64,000 bases of DNA from a bacterium CG_4_9_14_3_um_filter_65_15 (GCA_002790835.1 PFVX01000079.1:3130-67129); one strand, 5' to 3'; positions 16,057 to 26,436 are shown, numbered from the stretch's first letter. Notes: generated by a model not told the origin, from the sequence alone. Program-made: numbers and translations.

Positions 16057-17494
16057 GGGAGGTGCGGGGAAACAGGAGGCTGAACACGATCGTGGCCAGC
16101 AGCGAGAGCACGAATCCGGGGATCATCTCGTAGAGCTGGCCCTTGAGAACGGGGATGTTGTACCACGCGATGACGGTCACGGTTCCGGTGATGAGGCCGG
16201 CGAGCACCCCGGCACGGCTGGTGCCCTGCCAGCGCAGGGACAGCAGCAGCGGTGGGCCGAAGGCGGCGCCCAACCCCGCCCAGGCATAGAGCACCATGTC
16301 GTAGACGAAATCGTGGGCGCCCCAGGCGAGGCCGAAGGCGACCGCGCCCACCAGCAGGGTGGACCAACGCCCCAGGGCGACGAGGGAGGCCTGGGAGGCA
16401 TCGGGATTGATCAGGCGCCGGTAGATGTCCTCGCTCACCGCGCTCGCCACCGAGAGCAGCTGGCTGTCGGCGGTGGACATCATGGCGGCGATGGCCCCGA
16501 CGATCATCACCACGGCCAGACCCTCGGGCATGAAGTGGCTGGCCATCATCGGCATGAGCTGTTCCTGGTCGGGGATCAACTGGCCCGGTCCCATGGCGCC
16601 CGGCCCGAACCAGGCCAGACCCGTCAGCCCGATGAGGATGGCGCCGAAGAACGCGATCAAGGCCCAGCCGATGGCGATGATGCCCCCCTTTTTGATCTCG
16701 TCGGAGGAGGTGATGGCCATGAAGCGCAGCACGAGATGGGGCTGACCCATATAGCCCAGGCCGATGGCCAGGCTGCCCAGCACGCCGCTGACCGCCGCCC
16801 AGGTGGTGCTTCCGGGGGTCAGGTCCAGATACTGGCCGCCCAGTGGCGCCAGCTTGGCCATCATTCCGCCGGTTCCGCCCAGCTCGACCAGCACCACCAG
16901 GGGCAGGACCGCCAGGGTGAAGAGCATGATGATGCCCTGGATCAGGTCGGTCCAGCACACCGCGAGCAGGCCGCCGGCCGCGGTGTAGAAGAGCACCAGC
17001 ACCGCGCCGATGAGCATGCCCGCCAGGGGCGGGATGTCGAGGTAGTAGTTCAGGACCTTGCCCGCGGCCAGGAACTGGGCCGCCACGTAGAAGGTGAAGA
17101 AGAAGAGGATGATCGCCGTGGCCACCAGACGCAGGGTGTGGCTGTGATCGTCGTGGCGGGCTTCGAAGTAGTCGGCCAGGGTCAGGGCCTGCAACGCGGC
17201 GGTTTCGACGCGCAACCGGCGGGCCACCACGAACCAGCTGAAGGCGATGCCCGTGCAGCATCCCACTCCGACCCAGAGGGTGCCCGCGCCGGTGGCGAAG
17301 GCCAGACCGGGTAAGCCGATGAGCAGCCAGGCCGATTCCCCGCTGGCCCGCTCGCTGAAGGCGGCCACCCAGGGGCCGAGGCTCCGGTTGGCCAGGAGGT
17401 AGTCGTCCAGGGTCCGGTTGCGACGCGCCGAGTAGACCCCGACCGCCAGGATCAGCACGCTGTAGACGATCATGCCCAGGATAAGGGAATCCAC
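16022..17494 (-). CDS. Sodium:solute symporter family (SSF; PutP/PanF-like) transporter
   Basis: 490 aa with about 13 transmembrane helices. The N-terminus DYLLANRSLGPWV...SGESAWLLIGLPG is typical of SSF. Confidence 0.8.
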   Translation of the reverse strand: MDSLILGMIVYSVLILAVGVYSARRNRTLDDYLLANRSLGPWVAAFSERASGESAWLLIGLPGLAFATGAGTLWVGVGCCTGIAFSWFVVARRLRVETAALQALTLADYFEARHDDHSHTLRLVATAIILFFFTFYVAAQFLAAGKVLNYYLDIPPLAGMLIGAVLVLFYTAAGGLLAVCWTDLIQGIIMLFTLAVLPLVVLVELGGTGGMMAKLAPLGGQYLDLTPGSTTWAAVSGVLGSLAIGLGYMGQPHLVLRFMAITSSDEIKKGGIIAIGWALIAFFGAILIGLTGLAWFGPGAMGPGQLIPDQEQLMPMMASHFMPEGLAVVMIVGAIAAMMSTADSQLLSVASAVSEDIYRRLINPDASQASLVALGRWSTLLVGAVAFGLAWGAHDFVYDMVLYAWAGLGAAFGPPLLLSLRWQGTSRAGVLAGLITGTVTVIAWYNIPVLKGQLYEMIPGFVLSLLATIVFSLLFPRTSLGQEGPHGAQG

Positions 17495-17653
17495 CGGACC
17501 TCATTCGTTGCGGCCGCAAACAGGGAAATTTCACCGAGGAGGATCATAAGAGGCTCCTGCAGGACAATCAACCGCCAACATCCTCGGCCCGCTAATCACC
17601 ACCTAATCACTTTTGTTTCTTGGACTTTCGTGACGCGGGGGTCGCTCCGTTCC

Positions 17654-17682
17654 TTGAAGTCCACCCGGCTTGCTGGTAGAAT
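17654..17682 (+). promoter_or_regulatory. Sigma70-like promoter (TTGAAG-17-TAGAAT) upstream of the HMG-CoA synthase operon
   Basis: The hexamers are spaced 17 nt apart. An AAGGAGAGG ribosome-binding site precedes the ATG at 17734. A tandem CTAATCAC CAC CTAATCAC direct repeat lies about 60 nt further upstream. Confidence 0.45.
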
Positions 17683-17733
17683 CCCCGTCTTGACGTTCGG
17701 GCCGCGACGGACTCTGAGCAAAGGAGAGGCAGC

Positions 17734-18783
17734 ATGCACGGGATTGTCGGCTACGGCGCATATGTGCCGCGCTTCAGGATCAAGGCTGAGCAGATCGCCA
17801 ACCAGTGGGGCGCCGATGCGGACGCCTTCAAGAAGGGGCTGCTGCTGGAGGAGAAAACAGTCCCGGGGCCGGACGAGGACACCATCACCATCAGCGTGGC
17901 GGCGGCCCGGGATGCGGTGACCCGCGCGGGAATCGATCCCCAACTCATCGGAGCCTGCTACATCGGGTCCGAAAGCCATCCCTACGCGGTCAAGCCCTCG
18001 GGTACGGTGCTGATCGACGCCCTGGGGATCGGCCCCGATTGCCATGTGGCCGATTTCGAGTTCGCCTGCAAGGCGGGCACCGAGGCCATGTACGTGGCCT
18101 ACTCCCACGTCAAATCCGGCGAGATGCCCTACGCCCTGGGCATCGGGGCGGACACCAGCCAGGGCGCGCCCGGTGACGCCCTGGAGTACACCGCGTCGGC
18201 CGGTGGCTCGGCCTTCGTCATGGGCAGCGAGGGTGTGGTCGCCGAGATCCTCCACACCTACTCCTTCACTTCCGACACGCCGGATTTCTGGCGCCGAGAG
18301 GGGGAGTTCTATCCTCGGCACGCCGGACGTTTCACCGGGGAGCCCGCCTACTTCCATCACGTGCTCAGCTCGTGCCAAGGGATCCTCGACCGCAGCGGCA
18401 TGAAACCCGAGGACTTCCGCTACGCCGTTTTCCACATGCCCAACGGCAAGTTTCCCCTGCGGGCGGGCAAGACCATGGGCTTCACCAAGGAACAGCTCGA
18501 ACAAGGCTGGGTGGTGAACCTCATGGGCAACACCTACAGCGGTTCGTCGCCTACGGGCCTGGCGGCCTGCCTGGACGAGGCCAAGCCGGGCGATAACATC
18601 CTGATCACTTCCTTCGGCAGCGGCGCCGGTTCGGATTCCTTCATCCTGCGGGCGACCGATCGTCTGCCCGAGGTGCAGGGCCTGGCGCCCAAGGTGCGCG
18701 ACCAGCTGGCCGACCGCCGCATCCATCTGGATTACGGCAAGTACGTGGCATACCGCGGCAAGATCCGCATGAACGAGGTCTAG
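17734..18783 (+). CDS. Hydroxymethylglutaryl-CoA synthase (archaeal/UPF0219 type)
   Basis: 349 aa. [16 protein letters not shown]...[13 protein letters not shown] (catalytic Cys)...[10 protein letters not shown]...[11 protein letters not shown]. Confidence 0.85.
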   Translation: MHGIVGYGAYVPRFRIKAEQIANQWGADADAFKKGLLLEEKTVPGPDEDTITISVAAARDAVTRAGIDPQLIGACYIGSESHPYAVKPSGTVLIDALGIGPDCHVADFEFACKAGTEAMYVAYSHVKSGEMPYALGIGADTSQGAPGDALEYTASAGGSAFVMGSEGVVAEILHTYSFTSDTPDFWRREGEFYPRHAGRFTGEPAYFHHVLSSCQGILDRSGMKPEDFRYAVFHMPNGKFPLRAGKTMGFTKEQLEQGWVVNLMGNTYSGSSPTGLAACLDEAKPGDNILITSFGSGAGSDSFILRATDRLPEVQGLAPKVRDQLADRRIHLDYGKYVAYRGKIRMNEV

Positions 18784-18797
18784 AAAGGGGGCGGAAC

Positions 18798-19955
18798 ATG
18801 AGAGACGTAGCTGTCATCGGCACCGGCCTGACGAACTTCGGCGAACTCTGGGACATCCCCCTGCGCGACCTGTTCGCCATGGCGGCGGCCGACTGTCTGG
18901 AAGACGCGGGGGTGGAGCGCAGCCAGATCCAATCCGCGTACATCGGCTGCATGGCCAGCGGGATGTTCGTGGCCCAGGAACACCTGGCCTCCATCCTGAC
19001 CGATTACGCGGGCCTGGGGGGCATCGCCGCAACCCGGGTGGAATCGGCCTGCGCCTCCGGTGGTGCGGCTTTCCGCGCGGCCTACCTGGAGGTGGCCAGC
19101 GGGGCGAGCGATTTCGTGCTGGCAGGCGGGGTGGAGAAGATGAACGACGGCGCCGACGCCACCGTGTGTCTGGCCGCCGCCGCGGACCAGGAGTACGAGG
19201 TCTTCCACGGGGTGACCTTCCCCGGCCTGTACGCCATGATCGCCCGGGCGCACATGGCGAAATACGGCACCACGCCCGAACAGATGGCCGCCGTGGCGGT
19301 CAAGAACCACGCCAACGGGGCCCTCAACCCCAAGGCCCAGTTTCCGCGGGAGATCACCCTGCAAACGGTGCTGGGTGCGGTCCGGGTGGCAGAGCCGCTG
19401 GGATTGTTCGACTGCTCGCCCGTGACCGACGGTGGAGCCTGCGTGCTCCTGGCGCCGGTGGAGGTGGCCCGGAAGCTGGGCAAACCCATCGTGAAGATCA
19501 TCGGATCGGGGCATGCCACCGATGCCATCGCCCTGCACGATCGGGCCGATTATTCCACCATACCGGTGGTCGGTCTGGCGGCCCAGCGGGCCTTCGCCCA
19601 GGCGGGACTCGGAATCAAGGACATCGATTTCGCCGAGGTCCACGACTGCTTCACCATCGCCGAGATCGTTTGCAGCGAGGAGCTGGGCGCCTTCGAACGC
19701 GGGCAGGGCGGCCCGGCCGCCGCCGCGGGCGAGACGGCCCGGGACGGTTCGTTCCCCATCAACACGTCGGGCGGTCTGAAGAGCAAGGGCCATCCGGTGG
19801 GGGCCACGGGAATCGCGCAGATCTGCGAGATCCACAGCCAGCTCACGGGCCGGGCCGGAGGGCGCCAGCTGAAGAACCCGCGCCGTGGCCTGGCGCAGAA
19901 CATGGGCGGTTCCGGCGGCAGCTGCACCGTGCACATCCTGGAGGTGGAGTCATGA
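18798..19955 (+). CDS. Thiolase (acetyl-CoA C-acetyltransferase, SCP-x/archaeal type)
   Basis: 385 aa. [12 protein letters not shown] (active Cys) and the C-terminal [17 protein letters not shown]...[13 protein letters not shown]. Confidence 0.85.
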   Translation: MRDVAVIGTGLTNFGELWDIPLRDLFAMAAADCLEDAGVERSQIQSAYIGCMASGMFVAQEHLASILTDYAGLGGIAATRVESACASGGAAFRAAYLEVASGASDFVLAGGVEKMNDGADATVCLAAAADQEYEVFHGVTFPGLYAMIARAHMAKYGTTPEQMAAVAVKNHANGALNPKAQFPREITLQTVLGAVRVAEPLGLFDCSPVTDGGACVLLAPVEVARKLGKPIVKIIGSGHATDAIALHDRADYSTIPVVGLAAQRAFAQAGLGIKDIDFAEVHDCFTIAEIVCSEELGAFERGQGGPAAAAGETARDGSFPINTSGGLKSKGHPVGATGIAQICEIHSQLTGRAGGRQLKNPRRGLAQNMGGSGGSCTVHILEVES

Positions 19956-20347
19956 TCACCCCGCGCTATCATCGGGAAATCCCCCAGCGTTACCGGCTCG
20001 AGGCCGGCAAGTGCACGGCCTGCGGCGAGATCCATTTTCCTCCGCGCGCGGTGTGCCGCAAGTGCGCAGGCCGCGAAATGGAAACCATCGCCCTACCGCG
20101 GCGGGGCAAGGTCCTGACCCACACCACCGTGTGGATTCCGCCCGCACAGTTCGAAGAACAGAAGCCATACGTGAACGCAGTGGTTGAATTGGAAAACGGT
20201 GTCAAGTTGACCTGCATGGTTTGCGAGGCTCCGCCGGACGAGGTCACCATCGGCACCGAGGTCGAACTGGTCTTTCGCCGTCTGCAACACGGACCGGCCT
20301 GGGAAGTCATTCAGTACGGGTACAAGGCCCGGGTCATAAAGGCGTAA
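19952..20347 (+). CDS. DUF35 (Zn-ribbon plus OB-fold) acyl-CoA-associated scaffold protein
   Basis: 131 aa. C4 zinc ribbon [20 protein letters not shown] followed by an OB fold. The ATG overlaps the thiolase stop (ATGA). Confidence 0.8.
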   Translation: MITPRYHREIPQRYRLEAGKCTACGEIHFPPRAVCRKCAGREMETIALPRRGKVLTHTTVWIPPAQFEEQKPYVNAVVELENGVKLTCMVCEAPPDEVTIGTEVELVFRRLQHGPAWEVIQYGYKARVIKA

Positions 20348-20351
20348 TGGC

Positions 20352-21056
20352 ATGGGCAAGGGCAGGTACAAGGGCCGCCGCGCGGCGGCCTTTGTCTTCG
20401 ATCTGGACGGAACGCTGATCGATTCGGGTGAGGACATCGCCCGGTCGGCGAATTTCGTGCGCGGTCATTTCTCCCTGCCCGAACTGCCGTTGCCGACGGT
20501 GATCGGTTTCGTCGGGGACGGCGTGGAGATGCTGATGCGCCGCGCCCTGGGGCACGAAACCAAAAGCGGAAATCCCGATCTGCCCGTGGCCCCGGAGCGT
20601 CTGCAGGATGCCCTCTCCGTCTTTCGCGACCACTACGGTCGCCACCTGCTCGATCATACCCGCCTTTATCCGGGGGTCCTGGAGGTGCTCATGCGCTTCC
20701 GCGCCTTTCCCCTGCTGCTGGCCACCAACAAGCCACGCGAATTCACCGACCCGATCCTGGCCGGCCTGGGTATTCGCGACGCCTTTGCCCGCATCATCGC
20801 CGGCGACGAGACTCCCGCCCGCAAACCGGATCCCGAGCATTTGCGCCGGGTCCTGGAGGGGACCCCCGTGGCCTGCGAGGAAGTCGTGGTGGTGGGGGAC
20901 AGCCCCAACGACATCGCCGCCGCTCACGGCCTCGGCGCCGTGGCCGTTGGCTGCACCTATGGTCTGGTGGAGCCGGGCCGGATCCGGGTGGCCGGGCCGG
21001 ATCTGCTGATTGACAGCATCGGGGAGCTGTCGGCCCTATTCCCATCCAGAGCTTAA
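20352..21056 (+). CDS. HAD-superfamily hydrolase (phosphoglycolate phosphatase-like)
   Basis: Motif I FVFDLDGTLIDS, motif III K (ATNKP) and motif IV VVVGDSPNDIAAA. Confidence 0.8.
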   Translation: MGKGRYKGRRAAAFVFDLDGTLIDSGEDIARSANFVRGHFSLPELPLPTVIGFVGDGVEMLMRRALGHETKSGNPDLPVAPERLQDALSVFRDHYGRHLLDHTRLYPGVLEVLMRFRAFPLLLATNKPREFTDPILAGLGIRDAFARIIAGDETPARKPDPEHLRRVLEGTPVACEEVVVVGDSPNDIAAAHGLGAVAVGCTYGLVEPGRIRVAGPDLLIDSIGELSALFPSRA

Positions 21057-21225
21057 CTCATTGAAATTGTTATAAATAAACGATTTTGAATACGGGTTTA
21101 TCACTTATTGAAAAATAAATTCAATTTCATCTTTAATGTTACCCCATTAATCAGGTATGCTTTCTTACGCAATCGTGTCGGTGGGGAATTGGCGGTGGGG
21201 CTTCTCAACTTCCGGAGAGATTTCG
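21057..21225 (+). promoter_or_regulatory. AT-rich regulatory island (about 25% GC over about 110 nt) upstream of the desaturase-led lipid cluster
   Basis: ttgaaattgttataaataaacgattttgaatacgggtttatcacttattgaaaaataaattcaatttcatctttaatg. The GC content contrasts sharply with the flanking DNA (about 68% GC). It contains repeated ATTGAAA / AAATAAA words. A GGAGAG ribosome-binding site precedes the ATG at 21226. Confidence 0.5.
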
Positions 21226-22167
21226 ATGCGGAATGAGGCGGCCTATTTGGCGAATCCTGAGGGGTCTCGGCTCATCCGGGCGATTACCCATCTGGTGGTG
21301 TGGTTGCCCGCTGCGGGCGCCCTTGCCGGCTTGGGATTAGCCCTGACGCGGGGTGTCAGCGGCTACGCGTGGGTTTCCCTGTTGGTGATGTATGTGCTGA
21401 CGGTCACCGGTGTCGAACTGGGGCTGCACCGCTACGTTTCCCACCACGCCTTTCGGGCGCATCCGGTGGTGGAATTCTTCCTGGTGACATTCGGCTCCAT
21501 GGCCGCCCAGGGGGGACCGCTCTACTGGGCGTCGACCCATCGCCGCCATCACGCCTTTTCCGATCGCCCGGGCGACCCGCATTCCCCGCACCTCAGCGGT
21601 GGGGGGCCGCGCGGTTGCCTGACGGGAATGCTGCACGCGCACATGGGATGGTTGTTCCAGCCGGTGCATTCGGATTGGCTGCGCTACGTTCCCGACCTGA
21701 TCAAGGATTCGCGGTTGTTCACCCTGCACAGGTTGTATTTTCTCTGGATCGCGCTGGGCGTGTTGCTTCCGGCGGCCGTGGGTTTGATCTGGACACAAAG
21801 CTTGTATGGCGCGCTGGAAGGCCTCTTGTGGGGCGGATTGGGGAGGATCTTCCTGGTGCATCATGCCGTGTGGGGAGTCAATTCCCTGTGCCACGTGTTC
21901 GGCAGCCGACCCTTCGCCACCCGGGAACAAAGCCGCAACCTGGCCTGGATGGCCCTGCCTTCCCTGGGCGGAGCCTGGCACAACAACCACCACGCCTTTC
22001 CCCGCACGGCCGACAACCGGCTGCGCTGGTGGCAGTTCGATTTCTGCGGCATGGTCGCGCGGATCCTGGAGCGCACGGGACTGATCCGGGACGTCCACTA
22101 TGCCGATCCCGAATCCTTCGTTGCCGTCCCCTCGTCTCAAAAACCACCTGTGGCTATGGAGGGATGA
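21226..22167 (+). CDS. Membrane fatty-acid desaturase (stearoyl-CoA/acyl-lipid delta-9-type family), paralog 1
   Basis: Three histidine boxes HRYVSHH, HRRHH and HNNHH, with 4 transmembrane helices. The ORF track starts earlier (21157), but 21226 has the ribosome-binding site. Confidence 0.8.
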   Translation: MRNEAAYLANPEGSRLIRAITHLVVWLPAAGALAGLGLALTRGVSGYAWVSLLVMYVLTVTGVELGLHRYVSHHAFRAHPVVEFFLVTFGSMAAQGGPLYWASTHRRHHAFSDRPGDPHSPHLSGGGPRGCLTGMLHAHMGWLFQPVHSDWLRYVPDLIKDSRLFTLHRLYFLWIALGVLLPAAVGLIWTQSLYGALEGLLWGGLGRIFLVHHAVWGVNSLCHVFGSRPFATREQSRNLAWMALPSLGGAWHNNHHAFPRTADNRLRWWQFDFCGMVARILERTGLIRDVHYADPESFVAVPSSQKPPVAMEG

Positions 22168-22168
22168 C

Positions 22169-23164
22169 ATGACCAACCCCGACCTCGCCGTCCCCTTGGA
22201 CGACACCCCTTACACCGTTGCCGGCTCCGCCGAACGCCGCCGGTTGCGCCTCATTGCCGGCGCCGTCGTGGTGGTGCCGCTGCTCGGCACGCTCCTGGCG
22301 GTGTGGCTCGCGGTAACAGGGGGCCTCGGCGCCCTGGAGATCTGGTCCTTCGCCATCGGTTATGCGCTGACCCTGATGGGCATCACCGTGGGGTTCCACC
22401 GGCACTTCGCCCATCGTTCCTTCCTCGCCGGACCGGCGATGCGGGTGGTGCTGGCAACCCTGGGTTCCATGGCCGGGCAAGGCCCACTCATCTGGTGGGT
22501 GGCCACCCACCGGCGGCATCACCGCTTGAGCGATCGCGACGGCGATCCCCATTCCCCGCAACTCGCTTCCGGGCGGGGTCCGCTGCGGGCTCTCAAGGGA
22601 TTCTGGCAGGGGCACATCGCCTGGATGTTCTCCGACCGCATCAGCAACTGGAGCCTGTTTGCCCGCGACATGCTGGGGGACCGGCTGGTGGTGCGGATGC
22701 ATCAACTCTACTTCCCGATCTTCCTGCTGGGGATCATCCTGCCGGCGGCGATCGGCGGCCTCGTGACCGGTACCTGGAACGGGGTCCTGATGGGTTTCCT
22801 GTGGGGCGGACTGGTCAGGATCTTCGCCGTCGACCACGTGCTGTGGTGCGTGGGTTCGATCTGCCACATGATCGGTTTGCGCCCCTTCCGGGCGCGCACG
22901 CGCGATCACAGCACCAACAACCTGGCGGTGGCCTTTTTCGGTTTCGGCGAAGGCCTGCAGAACAACCATCACGCCTTTCCTCGCGACGCCTACCACGGTT
23001 TTCGCTGGTACGAGCCCGACCTGGGCGCCGGGACCATCCGGCTGCTGAGCCGGGTGGGACTGGTCTGGGACGTGGTGGCGACTCCGTCCCACGCCTGGAA
23101 ACTGGCCGAGGACCGCAACCGGGAAAATCCCGACCGGGCGGACCGCAGGCAGGGCGCGGCTTGA
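22169..23164 (+). CDS. Membrane fatty-acid desaturase, paralog 2 (tandem duplicate)
   Basis: HRHFAH, HRRHH and HNNHH boxes. The ATG lies 1 nt after the stop of paralog 1. The two proteins are clearly homologous but diverged. Confidence 0.8.
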   Translation: MTNPDLAVPLDDTPYTVAGSAERRRLRLIAGAVVVVPLLGTLLAVWLAVTGGLGALEIWSFAIGYALTLMGITVGFHRHFAHRSFLAGPAMRVVLATLGSMAGQGPLIWWVATHRRHHRLSDRDGDPHSPQLASGRGPLRALKGFWQGHIAWMFSDRISNWSLFARDMLGDRLVVRMHQLYFPIFLLGIILPAAIGGLVTGTWNGVLMGFLWGGLVRIFAVDHVLWCVGSICHMIGLRPFRARTRDHSTNNLAVAFFGFGEGLQNNHHAFPRDAYHGFRWYEPDLGAGTIRLLSRVGLVWDVVATPSHAWKLAEDRNRENPDRADRRQGAA

Positions 23165-23199
23165 GCGACACCTCCCAAGGACCGAATGGAGAATGACTG

Positions 23200-23538
23200 A
23201 TGTGGAAGAAAATGTTGACCCTGGTGGGCCTGAAGCCCCGGACATCGGACGTGGTCTTTGCGCGTCCCCCGGCCAATGAGCAGGAGGTCCGGGCGGGCCT
23301 GACGGCCGCGGTGGCCAAACGGGCCGGGCTGGATGCGGGCGGACTGGATCCCGAGCGCACCTTCGCCCAGCTGGGCTTCGATTCCCTGCAGGCCATGAAA
23401 TTCACCGGAAACCTTGAGAAGGATCTGGGTCTCGAGCTCGACCCCACCCTGATGTGGGATCATCCCACGGTCGCCAAGTTGACCGCCTACCTGACCGAGC
23501 GTCTGGACTTTGCCGCCGGGCGGAGGTCCATCGCGTGA
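23200..23538 (+). CDS. Acyl carrier protein-like (phosphopantetheine attachment DSL motif)
   Basis: LGFDSLQAMKF with flanking helices. The stop overlaps the fatty acyl-AMP ligase GTG start (GTGA). An alternative start at 23212 is possible. Confidence 0.65.
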   Translation: MWKKMLTLVGLKPRTSDVVFARPPANEQEVRAGLTAAVAKRAGLDAGGLDPERTFAQLGFDSLQAMKFTGNLEKDLGLELDPTLMWDHPTVAKLTAYLTERLDFAAGRRSIA

Positions 23539-25307
23539 AGGAACCTGCCGCCGTGTCCGGTCTTCAGGTCGGTGCCTCCGACCTGGGAGAGGTCCTGAGG
23601 CTGAGGTCGGAGGCCCACGGCGATCGATTGGCCTGCGCTTTCCTGCGCGACGGGGTGGACATCGCCGATTCCTGGACCTACGGCGAGTTGGACGCCCGGG
23701 CGCGCGCCATTGCCGCCCGGTTGCAGGGCCAGTTTGCTCCCGGGGACCGGCTCGTGCTGCTGTATCCGCCGGGGTTGGACTTCGTGGCGGCATTTTTCGG
23801 GTGTCTCTATGCCGGGATGATTGCGGTGCCGGCCTATCCTCCCCGTCGGGGCAAGGAGGACGTGCGAATCGTGGCCCTGGCGCATGATTGCCGTCCGGCG
23901 GGATTCCTGTCCGTGGCCGCGGGAGTGGAGGATCTCGAGGTTCTGCAGACGGCCCTGGGCGCGGGCGAGGGCGGGGTGGTGGCCACCGACGTCATCGGCG
24001 CGGACCATGCCGGAGATTTCAACCTTCGGGCCATCGACCCCGGCGCGGTGGCTTTTCTCCAGTACACGTCCGGCAGCACCGCCGCCCCCAAGGGGGTCAT
24101 GGTCACCCATGCCAACATGATGGCCAACGAATTCGCCATCCAGGCGGTGATGGAGCACGACGAGTCCCTGGTCGCCCTGGGTTGGCTGCCGGTCTTTCAC
24201 GACATGGGGCTGCTGGGCAACCTGCTGCAGCCCCTGTTTGTCGGCGGCAGCAGCATCCTGATTCCACCGTTGACCTTCCTCAAGCGTCCGCTCTGCTGGT
24301 TGGAAGCGGTGTCGAAATACGGGGCGACCTCCAGCGGGGGTCCCAACTTCGCCTTCGATCTCTGCGCCCGCCTGGCCGAGGCCCAGGGAGTGCCCAAGGG
24401 CTTGGATCTTTCCAGCTGGACGGTGGCCTACGTGGGAGCCGAACCCGTCCGCCCCGACACCCTGCGCCGCTTCGCTGCGGCCTTCAAGGGGGCCGGCTTC
24501 CGGTCGGAGGCCTACTTTCCCTGCTACGGCATGGCCGAAAGCACCCTGATCGCCACCGGCGGACCCAAGGCCCGCCCACCGGTACTTCCCCGCATCAGCA
24601 CCCGGGCCCTGCTCGAGGGGCGGGGTGAGACGCGACGGCTGCCGGGGCCGGGTTCGCGCCGGATCACCGGCTGCGGACACGCCGTTCCGCAGCACACCGT
24701 TCTGGTGGTCGACCCGGAAACCCGCGAGCCCAGCGCCGACGGGTCGGTGGGAGAAATCTGGATATCCGGCCCCAGTGTCGCGATCGGCTACTACCGCAAC
24801 CCGGAGGCCACCGAGGAGATCTTTGCCGTGCGGACAACCGACGGCCGGGGGCCTTTCCTGCGCACCGGCGACCTGGGCTTTGCCCGGGACGGGGAGTTTT
24901 TCATCACCGGTCGCTTGAAGGATATGCTGGTCATCCGGGGGCAGAACCACTACCCCAGCGACATCGAGTTGACCGTCGAGGGGGCGCACCCGGGTCTGCA
25001 GCCCAATGCGAGCGCCGCGTTTTCCACCGAGGTCGACGGCGCAGAAAGGCTCGTGGTCGCGGTGGAGATCTCCCGGATGCTGTATCAGCAGCTGGCCCGC
25101 GGCGGCGACGGCTCCGGGGAATTGCCCCTCGATGAGTTGGTCGCGGCCGTCCGCGAAAAAGTCATGGAGATCCACGAAATTCCCGTCCATCAGCTGGCGA
25201 TCCTCAAGCCGGGCGGTGTGCCCCGCACATCCAGCGGCAAGATCAGGCGCGCCGAGTGCCGGCGCCTGCACGGCGAACGAAAGCTGACCGCCCTTGCTGT
25301 CGCCTGA
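23535..25307 (+). CDS. Fatty acyl-AMP ligase (FAAL, FadD32-like adenylating enzyme)
   Basis: FLQYTSGSTAAPKGVMVTHANMMAN (FAAL-type A3 motif), YGMAESTL, the ISGPSVAIGYY...GDLGF...GRLKDMLVIRGQNHYP motifs and the C-terminal SSGKIRR. Confidence 0.8.
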   Translation: MKEPAAVSGLQVGASDLGEVLRLRSEAHGDRLACAFLRDGVDIADSWTYGELDARARAIAARLQGQFAPGDRLVLLYPPGLDFVAAFFGCLYAGMIAVPAYPPRRGKEDVRIVALAHDCRPAGFLSVAAGVEDLEVLQTALGAGEGGVVATDVIGADHAGDFNLRAIDPGAVAFLQYTSGSTAAPKGVMVTHANMMANEFAIQAVMEHDESLVALGWLPVFHDMGLLGNLLQPLFVGGSSILIPPLTFLKRPLCWLEAVSKYGATSSGGPNFAFDLCARLAEAQGVPKGLDLSSWTVAYVGAEPVRPDTLRRFAAAFKGAGFRSEAYFPCYGMAESTLIATGGPKARPPVLPRISTRALLEGRGETRRLPGPGSRRITGCGHAVPQHTVLVVDPETREPSADGSVGEIWISGPSVAIGYYRNPEATEEIFAVRTTDGRGPFLRTGDLGFARDGEFFITGRLKDMLVIRGQNHYPSDIELTVEGAHPGLQPNASAAFSTEVDGAERLVVAVEISRMLYQQLARGGDGSGELPLDELVAAVREKVMEIHEIPVHQLAILKPGGVPRTSSGKIRRAECRRLHGERKLTALAVA

Positions 25308-26436
25308 AGCAGCCCCTGTTCCTCCCGCAACGGGCAGCTACGCCGTGCGGCGCTTTCGGCCCGCCGACCAGCCCGCCCTGATCGCCTTGCTGGGTGACGT
25401 GTGGGGCGAAGATTTCGCCCGCCTCATGGAGCGGATCTGGAGCTGGAAGTACGACCGCAACCCCCACAATCCTCCGGGCGGGCACAACTCCATGGTCTTG
25501 ACCTGGGCGGAAGAGCCGGTGGGCTTTCTGGGCATGATGTCGGCCAACCTGAAGGTGGCCGACCAGGTCGTGCCCCTGGCCTGGGGATCGGAACTGGCCG
25601 TGCATCCCCGGCATCGGGGCGAAGGCTACCGGGTTATCGTGAACATCGGCACCGACGCGGAAAAGCTCATCGCGGGAACGGCCCGCACGCGGGATCTGGC
25701 CGGACTGCCCCTGGGCTTCGGCGCCTTCGATATCACCCGCATGATCAGCCACAAGCTGATCCTGCGGCCACGGCGATTCCTGGCAGCCAAGGCCGGAGGG
25801 GGGTGGGCGGCGGCGCTGGGAGCTCCGCTGGTGGGTTGGGCGGTCGCCTTGGCGCAGAAGCTCGGGCCCGGACGCCGGACTCCGGCCGTGGAATTGGAGG
25901 AAGTCGAGGACTTCGGACCGGAGTTCGATATCCTGTGGGAGAATGTGGCGCCGGGTTACCCGCTGATCCCGGTGCGGGACCGGGCCTTCCTGCAGTGGCG
26001 TTTCCGGGAGTGCCCGATTCGCGACCACACCGTGCTGGCGGTCCGCAGACTGGGAGTCCTGCACGGTTACGTCGTCTACAGGTTGGAAGGTGAACCGGGA
26101 TTGCGCCGGGCCTACATCGTGGATATGCTGGCCGGCCGGGACGATGCCGCTACCTGGGACCTGCTGCTGGGGGGTGTCGAGGCTCATTGCCGCGCAGCCG
26201 GCGCGGACATCCTGACCTTTACCATGTCCGCATCGTGGGATCTGGGCACTTCCCTGCGCCGGCGCGGATACCTTTTCCGTTCGCCACGGGCCTGGATCAC
26301 GGGCCACACCGGTTGCAAACCGGAGTATGCCCATCTGCGAGAGGGCCTGGAGCACAGCACAGGCCTGGTGATGACCCGGGCCGACACGGACCTGGACTTC
26401 AACTACTGGGGGTTGCGCGATGAAGGCCGGGAGTAA
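25294..26436 (+). CDS. GNAT-fold (FemAB / Acetyltransf_6-like, two-lobed) N-acyltransferase, putative
   Basis: 380 aa. Two GNAT-like halves (RFRPADQPALIALLGDVWGEDFA...; ...FLQWRFRE...AYIVDMLA). The TTG start is uncertain. It overlaps both neighbouring genes. Confidence 0.45.
   Translation: MLSPEAAPVPPATGSYAVRRFRPADQPALIALLGDVWGEDFARLMERIWSWKYDRNPHNPPGGHNSMVLTWAEEPVGFLGMMSANLKVADQVVPLAWGSELAVHPRHRGEGYRVIVNIGTDAEKLIAGTARTRDLAGLPLGFGAFDITRMISHKLILRPRRFLAAKAGGGWAAALGAPLVGWAVALAQKLGPGRRTPAVELEEVEDFGPEFDILWENVAPGYPLIPVRDRAFLQWRFRECPIRDHTVLAVRRLGVLHGYVVYRLEGEPGLRRAYIVDMLAGRDDAATWDLLLGGVEAHCRAAGADILTFTMSASWDLGTSLRRRGYLFRSPRAWITGHTGCKPEYAHLREGLEHSTGLVMTRADTDLDFNYWGLRDEGRE

Noticed and set aside
16028-17314. 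428-aa plus-strand ORF
   Set aside because: Antisense to the sodium:solute symporter gene, with a non-protein-like composition.
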